64,000 nucleotides of DNA from a virus, in the IMG/VR virus record IMGVR_UViG_3300045256_000135, positions 96,001 to 160,000 of that record; one strand, given 5' to 3'. Position 1 is the first letter of the stretch, and each line of letters opens with the position of its first letter. The notes below the pieces were generated by a model, which ran no database searches, was not told the DNA's origin, and saw nothing but the letters and a program-made list of their open reading frames with translations. Positions 38,421 to 48,257 of this stretch are shown here, piece by piece. A program made the translations under genes and the position numbers.

Positions 38421-41284
38421 TGCCGATCGACCCGAACATCTCCAGGTATCGCGACCTTCTTTCGCAGCTGCCGACTGGGGACTGGTATGGCTCAGATGGC
38501 ATTGTGGTACCAGTTCGCAGTTCTCCGTACGAACTCAGATACACAACAAACAAGCCAAACAATCAATGGGGCGTGTTCGTCAACACGATCTTCCAAGGTG
38601 TTGCAAAGAGCGATGCTAACGGTAATCTGGTAGTTACCGTCAATCTGCCGCTGGGGGAATGCACGGTACAGATTGTCGACTCAATTGACAAAGAGACTAC
38701 TACGTCTCTTCTGACTACGAGGATTTACGCAACCTGGTTCGCAGCTTACGCTGAAACTCTAGAGCAACTCGACGACTACATTGACACGATTCGATTGGAC
38801 TCGTGTTTAGCAACATGTCTAGCACAAGACCTTAGCGCGGTTTGGGGCAATCGACTAGGTCAAGGAAATCCGAGCTACGACTCTAGCACCTATCGTTTAG
38901 TGCTCGAAGAACTTCTGCAAGCACAGAGGCTGTTCGGTGCAAAACTGCACGGGCTTGAGGTGGGGGTTGGCGCATTCACTCAAGTGCCTCCACTTGACTG
39001 GTTTCGACTCTTCACTGGTAAGAGATGGGTGCTTGGGTGGTCGTTTGTTGAGAATCGAAACTTTGGACAGTGGGAGTTTCAGCAAACTCCCAGCTCCGAC
39101 ATCTCTGGAGTCTCTGTCACGAAGTTTGGTCCATTCGCTGCTCCCGGTGGTGCGAGTTACCAATGGAATGTCGGAACGAAGGTACTAACATACACTGACC
39201 CACTCCTCGGTCCAAAGACTGTAACAATCGATCCAGCAAGGTCTGGACGCTACGTTGTACCAGGAGAAGAGCTACCAGCAGTTATTGTCAGTCTCCCTGG
39301 TCCGTTCAACATCGTTTTGGGTCTAAACGACACGCTCGAATTCGATCTCGACAGCAAGGGTATCATTCAGATCACCCTCCCACCAGGTGTACAGAACAAC
39401 GCTGCAATTGCAGCAAGCATTAACGCAGCATTGAACGCAGATCTACGTTACGGCGTAGCATATAACACTGCAGCGTCAGTTTTTGGTGGATCAGTCAGAT
39501 TCCGGTTAATCAGCGTTTTAACTGGTGACAGTGCGTCACTAAGAATCTATCCTTCGAACGGGGTGTCGACTGTTTTTGGCCTAACTAGCACTGACCTACC
39601 GAAGGCTATCTCTGGGTTCACCGATACGTTACTGGATCTGAACGTAGTTACAGAGTCTCTTCCGTTGGTGAATGTGATAGCACCTGTTGTGATTGCAAAG
39701 AGTCCGTTGCCAACAGGTTGGATAGCTCTTGGTGGTTCTGCATCGCTCAGCCATCAGAATCCAAGACTTTCGGCTGTGGTCGACACAAATCTGCTACTTA
39801 CGTCACTTGGTTCTGATGTTACACTGTCAAAGCAAGTTGTTGCAGAAGCATCGCAATACAAGGGTTTCAGCTTCACTCTCAGTTGCTGGTTGAGCACTCA
39901 AAGTGTGGGTGTGACTCTCTATCTCGGAGCGTCGTTCGATGGTGGTGCTACATGGATTGAAAGTACTGCAATTCCAGTTACGCAGACCGACGATCCATTT
40001 GTTCTCCCGACGAACTACCAGTGGGATTTCATCTACGACCCAGATGCAACTGATCTGTGGGTTAGACTGAGACTTTCCTCTGGTGGTCCAGCGTTCTCTC
40101 TGAACGTTGCGGATGTACAACTTGAACAGAAATTCGTCACCGCCGCGTATACAGCATCTAACACAATCCCACGTTATCGCCATAGATCGTTCTTTGGCCA
40201 TTTGCTGTGGGGGTGGTCACCCGTGCGTTTGAGTGCGTTTGAGCAGGAGTCGATCGGCTACGCGCCTTTCAGTAACCCAAAAGGTCAGATTGACAAGCTT
40301 AGCGCTGCACACACGCAGATTGATAGATTTGACGTAACCGAATACGACTTGATTACAGACGAGCCTCTGAACCTCAAAGGTGTGATTAACGAAGCTGATT
40401 GGTCTTTTGCCACGCTCACAAATCTAGAACTAGTGGCAATGAACCCCACTCGCTTCTCCTACGTTCGGTCAATAACTTCCGCGCCAGTGCTGACGGAACA
40501 GTTGACGTTCCCTAACGCACCACCCTACAATGCTGTTCTGCCACTAAAAGGCGATCAAGACCAGCTGGCCTCAATTCTGTTCGAGGGTGAAGTCCCGCTA
40601 CCACAGGACCAATGGTCTTATGTGGACGCTCAAACAATCAACGTGGTAAACGCTAGCTTCGACCCGAATGCTGTGTACACGTTGAGGTACAACCCACTCT
40701 TGCAGGCTGAGTCTGATGTTATTGATCTAGGTCCGAGTTGGTCAGATTACGTTTGGTACTCTGACTATCACCTCTATCAGCGATTCTCAGCTGAGAATGC
40801 AGAACTTGACCAAGATATTGTTCTGTTTGTTGATTTCGGCTCGTATACAGCGACTCTGGACCGACCAGCAAATATTGACGTAAACACAGCGTCTATCACC
40901 AGAACTGATGGCACTTCTGAAGTCGAACTGCCTAGTGACTCATGGTCTTGGTTAAGCCCATTGGTGATCTCTTTTGATGGTCGAGCAATTGTGAAGGGTG
41001 CGATCTACCGACTAAAGTATCGCGAAGTCGGCCAGAAACACGAACCAGTCATCTCGACAACATTCGAGGTTCGTTCCGGGCCAAACCCTGCAGCTGTTTT
41101 ACTAGCTTCTTACAAGCAGATCGGCCGAAACACTCCAATAAAGACACATAACCTCAATCGTTATCATCAACTACGTCTAACCCTTCGTGGCCTCTCGGAT
41201 ATCCGAGATTTGCGTTTAAGTTCGATGTGCTTCAAGGGGTTGAACGCATTCGGTGTGAATGGTACGATTCCCGGTCTGCGATAG
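38420..41284 (+). CDS. large baseplate wedge protein (gp7/P2 gpI-like N-terminal part)
   Basis: L.T....DL..VWG..LG.......YR..L motif; multiple accessory beta domains. Confidence 0.55.
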   Translation: MPIDPNISRYRDLLSQLPTGDWYGSDGIVVPVRSSPYELRYTTNKPNNQWGVFVNTIFQGVAKSDANGNLVVTVNLPLGECTVQIVDSIDKETTTSLLTTRIYATWFAAYAETLEQLDDYIDTIRLDSCLATCLAQDLSAVWGNRLGQGNPSYDSSTYRLVLEELLQAQRLFGAKLHGLEVGVGAFTQVPPLDWFRLFTGKRWVLGWSFVENRNFGQWEFQQTPSSDISGVSVTKFGPFAAPGGASYQWNVGTKVLTYTDPLLGPKTVTIDPARSGRYVVPGEELPAVIVSLPGPFNIVLGLNDTLEFDLDSKGIIQITLPPGVQNNAAIAASINAALNADLRYGVAYNTAASVFGGSVRFRLISVLTGDSASLRIYPSNGVSTVFGLTSTDLPKAISGFTDTLLDLNVVTESLPLVNVIAPVVIAKSPLPTGWIALGGSASLSHQNPRLSAVVDTNLLLTSLGSDVTLSKQVVAEASQYKGFSFTLSCWLSTQSVGVTLYLGASFDGGATWIESTAIPVTQTDDPFVLPTNYQWDFIYDPDATDLWVRLRLSSGGPAFSLNVADVQLEQKFVTAAYTASNTIPRYRHRSFFGHLLWGWSPVRLSAFEQESIGYAPFSNPKGQIDKLSAAHTQIDRFDVTEYDLITDEPLNLKGVINEADWSFATLTNLELVAMNPTRFSYVRSITSAPVLTEQLTFPNAPPYNAVLPLKGDQDQLASILFEGEVPLPQDQWSYVDAQTINVVNASFDPNAVYTLRYNPLLQAESDVIDLGPSWSDYVWYSDYHLYQRFSAENAELDQDIVLFVDFGSYTATLDRPANIDVNTASITRTDGTSEVELPSDSWSWLSPLVISFDGRAIVKGAIYRLKYREVGQKHEPVISTTFEVRSGPNPAAVLLASYKQIGRNTPIKTHNLNRYHQLRLTLRGLSDIRDLRLSSMCFKGLNAFGVNGTIPGLR

Positions 41285-41291
41285 GTGAAGG

Positions 41292-44200
41292 ATGAGACGG
41301 TCTCTATATCCCGATGGCGTACTTGTTCAGCAACCAAACCTCGAATTTACTGAAGATTCGAAGTCTGAGCAGATTCTGGTTAGCAGGACCAACACCTGGG
41401 AGTCTGGCATTTATGCTGGGCTTGCAGTAACAGTTAACTCTGTAAATCTGGATCGTGTTGACCTTGCAACTGGCTCTGGCTATGCACCTAATGGGGAGTT
41501 GGTGGTTGTTGGTTCTGCACAGCTCAATCAAAGCTTAGCAGACACCACGCTTGGTGCGTCCAACCTCGCATTTGTATTCTACACTGAGCTTTTAACAGAT
41601 CCTGAGCCACACGAGACAAATGGACTCACCTACCCCACCAAGGCGGAAGCATCGTTCAGGTTCAGAATCCTGACTCCGGCTCAGTTTGCTGCACTTCCTG
41701 CAACGGACCCAACCATGACTAACGATGCTCAAGATCGAGCGTTGCTAGTCGCAAGGATAACGGCCACTGGTGGAAATCTGGTTCAGGGTAACATTGAGAA
41801 CAGCGTGCCGTGGCGCGATCTCAAGTTCGCTACTGTAGCGTCACCGGGTATCAACGGCGTTTCGATTCGTAATGTTTCGGATACCACTCCAGAAGGTCTG
41901 AATGGGCAGCTGATTTTCTCAGTCTCTCCCAACAGGTTGCAGTGGAAGGCTCCGGGTGAGGTCGGGCCTGGTGTAGCAGTCAACGTTCCGAATGAAGCTG
42001 ACTACACTCTGACAGCGTTGGGTGGTTCGACCATTGTTGTGCATGTGATTCCGTCAGCATTGCCAATAGCAGCACTGACGGTCACCGTTGCAATTACTGG
42101 GGTGTACTCCCAATCAGTACCGAGGATGTCGGCAGCGGATCGACACCACCGCAGTCTGGTTGGCACCGGCATTCCAACGAAGACAAACCCACATGGTCTG
42201 TCCATCAAGGACATTGACCCAGACTTCGTATCAGAGCTTACGATTCACCAAGAGCTGATGCATGCAGCCGGGATTTGGCGTGGTTCAAGTCCAGCGTGTC
42301 TACGCACAGATATCGTTGAGGTACCTGGCACCGATTACCTCTCAATCATTGCCCCAACTGGTGATGATACGTACTGGTGCGAAGGGATTCGCCTCACTTC
42401 GGTCCAGAACAACCAAGTTACGTTCACTGACGCAACTCCCGGCCCAACCAGAGAGGTTTTCGAAATCTTTGTTGATGACGCAGGGATCGTAGGCAAGAGC
42501 AAGAGGTCGTCGTTCCCACTGGTATCGCTGTTGACCGGTGTGGAGAACGGACTGGTGTTCTTATCACCGAGCATTCAAGCCGGAACCTACGCATTGTCGT
42601 GGACTTCGAATGGTCCAGGGTTGGGTGGCTCACTTAAGTGGGGAACTGGAAAACCGACCCTAGTTCCAGCAGGTGTTTCATCCGGACTGTTTTCACTGTT
42701 TGACGGTGAAGACGAGGTTAAATTCTTCATTTCCAACGTAGCTCTCCTTCCGCAGCCAGCCGGGATTTATACAGACAACATCACTGTAAACGCAGCAGTT
42801 TCAAGAGACAGATTTGTTGTTACCGCTCAGGTCTTTTGGACTGGGTCTGGAACAGGTTCGCTTGGTTACACCCCAAATCGCGGGTTCGTTCCAGCGAAGC
42901 TGATTGATCAGAGACTGTTCGGCAATCTGACAGCCGCAGACATTCGTGACGATGCGCTTGAGGACGTGTTTTACAAGGCTACGTATGAGAAGTCTTGTGA
43001 CGGCGTTCTGCTTGGAACAATTGATGCAGCTTCTGTTGACGGAAGCTTGTCGCCAACTCCGGCCGGAGGGCTCTTCGTTGATATCAATGGCTACGCTCCC
43101 GTGTATGTTCGGGGGAAGCGGATGGTGGTTCGTGGAGCTCAAGTAGCAGTTCCGAACAATGCACTGAGTGTCATCTATGTTGATGTCGACGGTAACCTCC
43201 AAGTAACTGATCTGCAGACTGCAGCCTTTCTCAACAATGGCAACGAAGTGCTCCAACTAAATGCAGAGGCCTTCGTACAGCATGGAGCTGCTCTAGCATT
43301 CGTCGGAACAGCTGGTGGCACGATTCTGTTTACAGTTGACCTTAGACGAAACCTCGGTGGCGGAAACGAAGCAGTTGAGCCGTGGACTGTTGGCATTGCT
43401 GAGAGACCCGGCCTCTTCACCAGAGGTGCAGAGTTCTTTGACCTTTCTGGTGCTTTGCTCTATGCAGCTGCAGCTGGTCAAACTGCTCTCCGTGTGCTCA
43501 CAACTAGAGTGAAGAACCCGGTGATCATTGGTCCGGGCTCCATGTCGATCAGTGACGGTACTATTCTGGTTGATAACAGTGCTGTGAATGGGTCCACTTC
43601 ACTGTTTGCGTTGACAGGTGGCGTTTCCGTAACTGCTCCTGGATCTCAGTTGGTGCTACGAAACGTAAAGGTGCTACCTGGAACTGGTGTGGTTAACGCA
43701 CTAACGTGCTACCTAGTGACAACTGCAGCGTTCACTTCTACCGTATTGACTGGCCTGTTGGTAAAGCTAGATCAATTCGGTGGGCTGATTCGAAATGCTG
43801 GCCCAAACAGCTTTGGCACAATCCTAGAGAATGTTCGGTGTGAACTCACCACTGCATACTCCGATCTGATCTTGCAACAAGTGCCAGGTCAAATCTCCAT
43901 TAGCGGTCTTGATTTAACGGCCAGTACTGCACTTGGCACCGTGGCTGTTGTAAATGCTAGCACTACTTTAGCATTTACAAGCATCGCACAAGTAAGGGGT
44001 ACGGGACAGAAGCTGGTAAGTGGCGCTGGTTCGATCACAAATCTGTCGTGCACTAATTGCAGTGGTGTTCGACTCGGGTCTATGACCAGTGTGATCTCTG
44101 ACGTGCTGTTCGACCACTGCAACTTCGTTGATACCACACCTGGTTCAGTCGTAAACGCGGCCTCAGTTCGAGTTCAGTTCAGAGGATGCCAGTTTGGAAA

Positions 44201-45455
44201 TTCAGTAACGCTACTGACTGCTTCCGACGTGTGGTTTGACAGTTGTGTGTTTGTCAACCAGCTGTCTCTTGCAAATCTCTGCTCTGGCGTTCGAATCTCC
44301 AACTGCAAGGGAACTGACGTTGTTCAGACCTCCACTTTGTACCAGGTGCTCTCACTCCTGCTCGAAGGTACAACACTCAATGGCACCTTGAATCTTGTTG
44401 GGACTACAAACAAGTTCATCAAGATTAGTAAATGCTCGATTCAGACCCTACAGGGCACCTATGACGAGCTTGGCGTCGACAACTCGAGTATTACAACGGT
44501 TGAGCCAGGAACAACCAACAACTTCTCCAACGCAAAGTTTTCGCAATGCACCATTGGTCGAGCTGGTCTCCAGTGGACTTCGGGAAGTCGTTTTGCCATC
44601 GAATTTGAGGGGTGTACGTTTACAGCTCTGGTAACAAACAAAGTAGCTGCGTTCGAAGTAGGTGGTGCGACTCTTTCTCGACCCACTCTGGGGTTGAAGC
44701 TGATCAACTGCATCATGCCAGGTGGCCCAGCTCAAGTTACTGCAGTCTACATTGACAATTGCAGTGACGTATTGATTCAAGGGTCAACCTTTAACGATCA
44801 GCGTATCACAGCAGCTGGTGGACCAGTGATCAACGTTGGTCTTGGTTTTGCTAGCAACCCAGCTCACACCTATGCGGACGTGAAGATTGACGGAAACACG
44901 TTTGACGTTACCTCTAACGATGCTGGTCCAGGCATTGCTGACTTTGGTAACTGGTTGGTGTTGTTCTCCACCCACACGTCAGACCCAGGGCTCTCGTATC
45001 CTGGCGGTAGCAAGTTTTCGAACAACACTGTTATTTGCAGAGAACCTGCATTCAACAAGCTGCTGTGTGTTCTTCATGTTGGCACAACTCGTGGCTTCCA
45101 ATGCAGAAACAACAACCTCGCCTATTTAGGAGCTAACGCCAACGTAAACTGGGCGTCTCCTGCTGGTGGTGGGGCACAAAGCCAGGCAGCTCGGGGTGCA
45201 CTTTCACCGATTCCAGCATATCCGCTCGCTCTAATCTACGGGTTGAACACCTACCCAGGAGCGGTGGTTGGCAACCTTGGCAACATGAACACTACCCAGA
45301 TCTCCGGAAATGCGGTAGCAAATCTTGGAGCTGCCTCAAGATGGGTTTGTGCTGCCATCTCCGCTGGAGCAAACCTTAACGAGCATAGCAATGCAGTAGG
45401 GCCCTATTTCGACTTCTCGGTAATTGGCCAGCCAGATCGTCAAATCAACAACTGA
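41292..45455 (+). CDS. baseplate-anchored tail fibre/spike with beta-helix C-terminus
   Basis: 1387 aa; GI..GL.V, G.GY.PNGE.V and NPHG N-terminal anchor motifs; F..C.F and I..N.F repeats. Confidence 0.7.
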   Translation: MRRSLYPDGVLVQQPNLEFTEDSKSEQILVSRTNTWESGIYAGLAVTVNSVNLDRVDLATGSGYAPNGELVVVGSAQLNQSLADTTLGASNLAFVFYTELLTDPEPHETNGLTYPTKAEASFRFRILTPAQFAALPATDPTMTNDAQDRALLVARITATGGNLVQGNIENSVPWRDLKFATVASPGINGVSIRNVSDTTPEGLNGQLIFSVSPNRLQWKAPGEVGPGVAVNVPNEADYTLTALGGSTIVVHVIPSALPIAALTVTVAITGVYSQSVPRMSAADRHHRSLVGTGIPTKTNPHGLSIKDIDPDFVSELTIHQELMHAAGIWRGSSPACLRTDIVEVPGTDYLSIIAPTGDDTYWCEGIRLTSVQNNQVTFTDATPGPTREVFEIFVDDAGIVGKSKRSSFPLVSLLTGVENGLVFLSPSIQAGTYALSWTSNGPGLGGSLKWGTGKPTLVPAGVSSGLFSLFDGEDEVKFFISNVALLPQPAGIYTDNITVNAAVSRDRFVVTAQVFWTGSGTGSLGYTPNRGFVPAKLIDQRLFGNLTAADIRDDALEDVFYKATYEKSCDGVLLGTIDAASVDGSLSPTPAGGLFVDINGYAPVYVRGKRMVVRGAQVAVPNNALSVIYVDVDGNLQVTDLQTAAFLNNGNEVLQLNAEAFVQHGAALAFVGTAGGTILFTVDLRRNLGGGNEAVEPWTVGIAERPGLFTRGAEFFDLSGALLYAAAAGQTALRVLTTRVKNPVIIGPGSMSISDGTILVDNSAVNGSTSLFALTGGVSVTAPGSQLVLRNVKVLPGTGVVNALTCYLVTTAAFTSTVLTGLLVKLDQFGGLIRNAGPNSFGTILENVRCELTTAYSDLILQQVPGQISISGLDLTASTALGTVAVVNASTTLAFTSIAQVRGTGQKLVSGAGSITNLSCTNCSGVRLGSMTSVISDVLFDHCNFVDTTPGSVVNAASVRVQFRGCQFGNSVTLLTASDVWFDSCVFVNQLSLANLCSGVRISNCKGTDVVQTSTLYQVLSLLLEGTTLNGTLNLVGTTNKFIKISKCSIQTLQGTYDELGVDNSSITTVEPGTTNNFSNAKFSQCTIGRAGLQWTSGSRFAIEFEGCTFTALVTNKVAAFEVGGATLSRPTLGLKLINCIMPGGPAQVTAVYIDNCSDVLIQGSTFNDQRITAAGGPVINVGLGFASNPAHTYADVKIDGNTFDVTSNDAGPGIADFGNWLVLFSTHTSDPGLSYPGGSKFSNNTVICREPAFNKLLCVLHVGTTRGFQCRNNNLAYLGANANVNWASPAGGGAQSQAARGALSPIPAYPLALIYGLNTYPGAVVGNLGNMNTTQISGNAVANLGAASRWVCAAISAGANLNEHSNAVGPYFDFSVIGQPDRQINN

Positions 45456-45462
45456 GATCGAC

Positions 45463-45774
45463 ATGCAAAAGGTTGAGTACGCAAATCTGAAGAAACTGCA
45501 CTTAGTCCTTGGTGAATTGGCTCTGTCTAGACTAGCGCCTTTCCCGTCAAGAGATCGAGTTCTGCATAACTGGCTCGCAACCGGCAAGTTGGTCTTTACA
45601 GAGGATGGTGCAACAGTACACCTGGAGCAAACAGAGCCAAAAAAGGTGATCCTCGATTACGACGTAGCAAATCACCAGATAATCTGGCACGTTGGTACAT
45701 TCAGGTGGACGCCACTGATCCCGCCGGAAAAACAGTTGTTAGACTTGACTCTAGTCAATGAACAGAACGACTAA
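45463..45774 (+). CDS. hypothetical protein
   Basis: 103 aa; last gene of the structural run. Confidence 0.55.
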   Translation: MQKVEYANLKKLHLVLGELALSRLAPFPSRDRVLHNWLATGKLVFTEDGATVHLEQTEPKKVILDYDVANHQIIWHVGTFRWTPLIPPEKQLLDLTLVNEQND

Positions 45775-45817
45775 GCTATATAGTTAGCTGTAGCATTCTG
45801 ACTGTTCTAAGTCAATT

Positions 45818-45865
45818 TTCATCGAGCTCCTTGATTTGAGGCGAAACATCTTTATGATGAACGTT
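45818..45865 (+). promoter_or_regulatory. repeated early promoter element, copy 1
   Basis: TTCATCGAGCTCC-TTGATT(45831)-16 bp-TATGAT(45853). Confidence 0.75.
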
Positions 45866-45877
45866 ATGGAGGCCACG

Positions 45878-46486
45878 ATGAAAAAGATCGCAGTACTAGT
45901 TGGCCTGCTTAGCGTTTCTGCCTGTACGGCGGACGTGTTTAGCAGCCCGTGTTCAGAGACCACTTGCACGCCGTCGGAAGAGATTCCGCCCGATGCGAAA
46001 CTGATCGACGGTTCGCCAGTCCCTCAAGACTACGTTCCGAATTTCCGTTCAGTGAACGGGTGCAAGGTATGGCACGACTATCGCTATCTAGCGCCGCAAG
46101 GTTCTGGAGCGTCTGTCAAGCTGGATTGGGTTCTGCCCCAAAGTCAACGCTGCGTAATCATCATGTCGGCCACTCTGGTGAAGTTCGTTGGAGCTACCGC
46201 TACTAACCAGGTACTTCTCGGAGGTGGTGATCTGGATCCGCAACAGTTCCCGATTAAGTTCTTCGAGTATCAAACGGACGATGTTGGCAACCCATTTCAG
46301 TGGGTCAGCTTCACGGGTGGGTACCCTGGGGTGTTTGGGTTCGTCAATCCAAACAACAAGGCAGTTTCTGGTGCAGTGATGGTCTGCATGGGAGATCAGT
46401 GGAGCTGGGATGGCCCATGCTACTGCAACCCCGAGCCGTCTGGCAAGATCACTCACGCTGCCTGCAATCCGGTCGTTGCGAAGTAA
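45878..46486 (+). CDS. Cys-rich lipoprotein
   Basis: GGAGG SD; MKKIAVLVGLLSVSA|C lipobox; several further Cys; an in-frame ATG also at 45866. Confidence 0.75.
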   Translation: MKKIAVLVGLLSVSACTADVFSSPCSETTCTPSEEIPPDAKLIDGSPVPQDYVPNFRSVNGCKVWHDYRYLAPQGSGASVKLDWVLPQSQRCVIIMSATLVKFVGATATNQVLLGGGDLDPQQFPIKFFEYQTDDVGNPFQWVSFTGGYPGVFGFVNPNNKAVSGAVMVCMGDQWSWDGPCYCNPEPSGKITHAACNPVVAK

Positions 46487-46501
46487 GCTGAATCGGATTT
46501 C

Positions 46502-46540
46502 GCTCCTTGATTTCACGCCAATCATTATTATGATCATTGT
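46502..46540 (+). promoter_or_regulatory. repeated early promoter element, copy 2 (leaderless)
   Basis: GCTCC-TTGATT(46507)-16-TATGAT(46529)-CATTGT-ATG(46541). Confidence 0.85.
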
Positions 46541-46957
46541 ATGACCATCAGAGGATTCCATTTCTCAGACGAGTTGATTGACGCTATCTCAAAACGTTCG
46601 ATCTCGATGTCGATTGGATGGGAGATAGTTAGCGAGACGAAGAATGGATCTGTCCATTATCTCGGGAAGAGGACCCTGCGTAAATCGGTCGCGTCTGAGT
46701 TCGGGGTTTGGTATATCGACCCGACGACAAAGAAGCGTAAGTTGGTCTACGTTATGGTAAAGATTAGCGAATATGCCAATGGGGTGATGCTCCATCTCTA
46801 CCATGAGATGTTGAATGCCGATCCCGCCACCGAGTGGGCGTTGGGAGAAACCAAGAGCCAGATCTCGGCTTTGATCTCTGAGTTCGGGAAGAAGATTGAG
46901 CCTCGCCAACCCGGTGAGCCTCGGAAGAACCTGGAAGGAGTTTCGTTCAAATGGTAA
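46541..46957 (+). CDS. hypothetical protein
   Basis: 138 aa; ATG at the predicted +1. Confidence 0.7.
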   Translation: MTIRGFHFSDELIDAISKRSISMSIGWEIVSETKNGSVHYLGKRTLRKSVASEFGVWYIDPTTKKRKLVYVMVKISEYANGVMLHLYHEMLNADPATEWALGETKSQISALISEFGKKIEPRQPGEPRKNLEGVSFKW

Positions 46958-47310
46958 ACCAAAGCTGCATCTCTTGCGGTGGGGATGGGAAGATTCAGAA
47001 CGCAGCTGGAAACCGAGCAACGTGTCCGATGTGCCGTGGATCGGGGCTTGCTGGTGCGTTCGACGGATGGGGCGTTCGTGATGTAACCAAAACCAAAACT
47101 CGGAAGCCGAACAAGGTTGTTCGGCCAGAACGTCCGAAGGCTCCGACGACTGTTGGTGGTGAAGCACTAGCGACTCTCGTTCAGAACGCAGTGCTTTCAG
47201 CCGAAACGAAAGCAAAGCTGGTAAATAGCATCATCGATTTTGAAATCGAAAAGGGCTCCATTACCGAGACCTTCCGCAAGAAGCTGATGAAGCAGATTCG
47301 AGGAAAATGA
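46951..47310 (+). CDS. DnaJ-type zinc-finger small protein
   Basis: CISCGGDG and CPMCRGSG (CxxCxGxG twice); no J-domain. Confidence 0.7.
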   Translation: MVNQSCISCGGDGKIQNAAGNRATCPMCRGSGLAGAFDGWGVRDVTKTKTRKPNKVVRPERPKAPTTVGGEALATLVQNAVLSAETKAKLVNSIIDFEIEKGSITETFRKKLMKQIRGK

Positions 47311-47915
47311 CGTTCCAACCTCTCGATCTCCAAACGTACATCGCCAAGCGGCTGGATCAGGAGCTGAACTTCGATAAGAGTTCTGAGCTTGATCAGTGTC
47401 TCTACATTCGCGATAAACTCGCCCAACCACTTGGCTACCAGCAGATCTACCAAGGTCAGAAAGAAGGCGAGTTGGCCCGCTATGGCAGATCGGAGTCTGC
47501 AACTGCCTCTGCCAGAGTCATTTCGGAACATCGATCAAAAAGCTGTACGCTACCAGTCGTTGATATCATACACGATTCTGGTCTGACTCTGACCGTTCGT
47601 CAGAACTTCTACAACTGGAAGCTGTCAGTGGTATCCCCGAAGCATCTGTCAGAGCATCTGTCAGAGCATCTGTTTGATGGGCTCTGTCACACCACCCCAC
47701 CGGTGGATCCGGAATATACGGGTAACCCGCTGAACCCAGTGTACTTCGAGGGTTTCCCTAGTGACAAGATCTATGGGTACTTTTCGCAGGATCGATCTCG
47801 ATTCTCCCTGGAGCTTTGGCAACTCGACGGGATTCAGATTGCACTGTTTCTGATCATGCGAGAGCTTGGGCTTCGTCCGGCTCTGATCTGGTCAAGTCGT
47901 AAGAAGGAGACGTGA
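47307..47915 (+). CDS. hypothetical protein
   Basis: 202 aa; ATGA-coupled; contains a 12-bp tandem repeat (HLSEHLSEHL). Confidence 0.7.
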   Translation: MTFQPLDLQTYIAKRLDQELNFDKSSELDQCLYIRDKLAQPLGYQQIYQGQKEGELARYGRSESATASARVISEHRSKSCTLPVVDIIHDSGLTLTVRQNFYNWKLSVVSPKHLSEHLSEHLFDGLCHTTPPVDPEYTGNPLNPVYFEGFPSDKIYGYFSQDRSRFSLELWQLDGIQIALFLIMRELGLRPALIWSSRKKET

Positions 47916-47920
47916 AATAT

Positions 47921-47967
47921 TTCATCGTGCTCCTTGATTTCGCAACGATCATTATTATGATCATTGT
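47921..47967 (+). promoter_or_regulatory. repeated early promoter element, copy 3 (leadered)
   Basis: TTCATCGTGCTCC-TTGATT(47934)-16-TATGAT(47956)-CATTGT-ATA; downstream AAGGA SD and ATG at 48006. Confidence 0.85.
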
Positions 47968-48005
47968 ATAAGGGAAGTAGGATCCCTCAACAAAAGGAAA
48001 AGACA

Positions 48006-48257
48006 ATGACGACGGAAATGATGACTGAGGCCCAGACGACGGAGACGACGGAGACGACGGAGACGACGGAGACGGTGGAAAAGAAGCAGCGGAAGTCTCC
48101 GACTCCGAAGAAAGTGGCTTGCGGAAAGTGCGGGACCGTTCGGAACTCTCAGGCGATGCGCGCCTCGGTGGATCCGAACGGGGTTCGGTCGTACGAGTGC
48201 AAGAAGTGCCCAACCGAGCCGGTTGGTGCTGATGCTCAGGTGAAGGTGGCAGAATGA
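48006..48257 (+). CDS. small zinc-ribbon protein with (TTE)4 repeat
   Basis: CGKC...CKKC; AAGGA SD. Confidence 0.7.
   Translation: MTTEMMTEAQTTETTETTETTETVEKKQRKSPTPKKVACGKCGTVRNSQAMRASVDPNGVRSYECKKCPTEPVGADAQVKVAE
48034..48074 (+). repeat. perfect 9-bp tandem repeat (AGACGACGG)x4.5
   Basis: Read directly from the sequence. Confidence 0.9.

Noticed and set aside
1-45455. Diversity-generating retroelement acting on fibre genes
   Set aside because: No reverse transcriptase and no near-identical TR/VR pair differing at adenines was seen by eye; one outside the window cannot be excluded.
8342-45455. Extracellular contractile injection system or tailocin rather than a phage
   Set aside because: Neck genes and a contiguous replication/repair module argue for a phage; head genes are presumably outside the window.
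46521-46540. Fur-box resemblance of ATCATTATTATGATCATTGT
   Set aside because: Only a half-site (AATCATTAT) matches; the GATAATGAT half is absent and AT-rich -10 regions mimic it easily.
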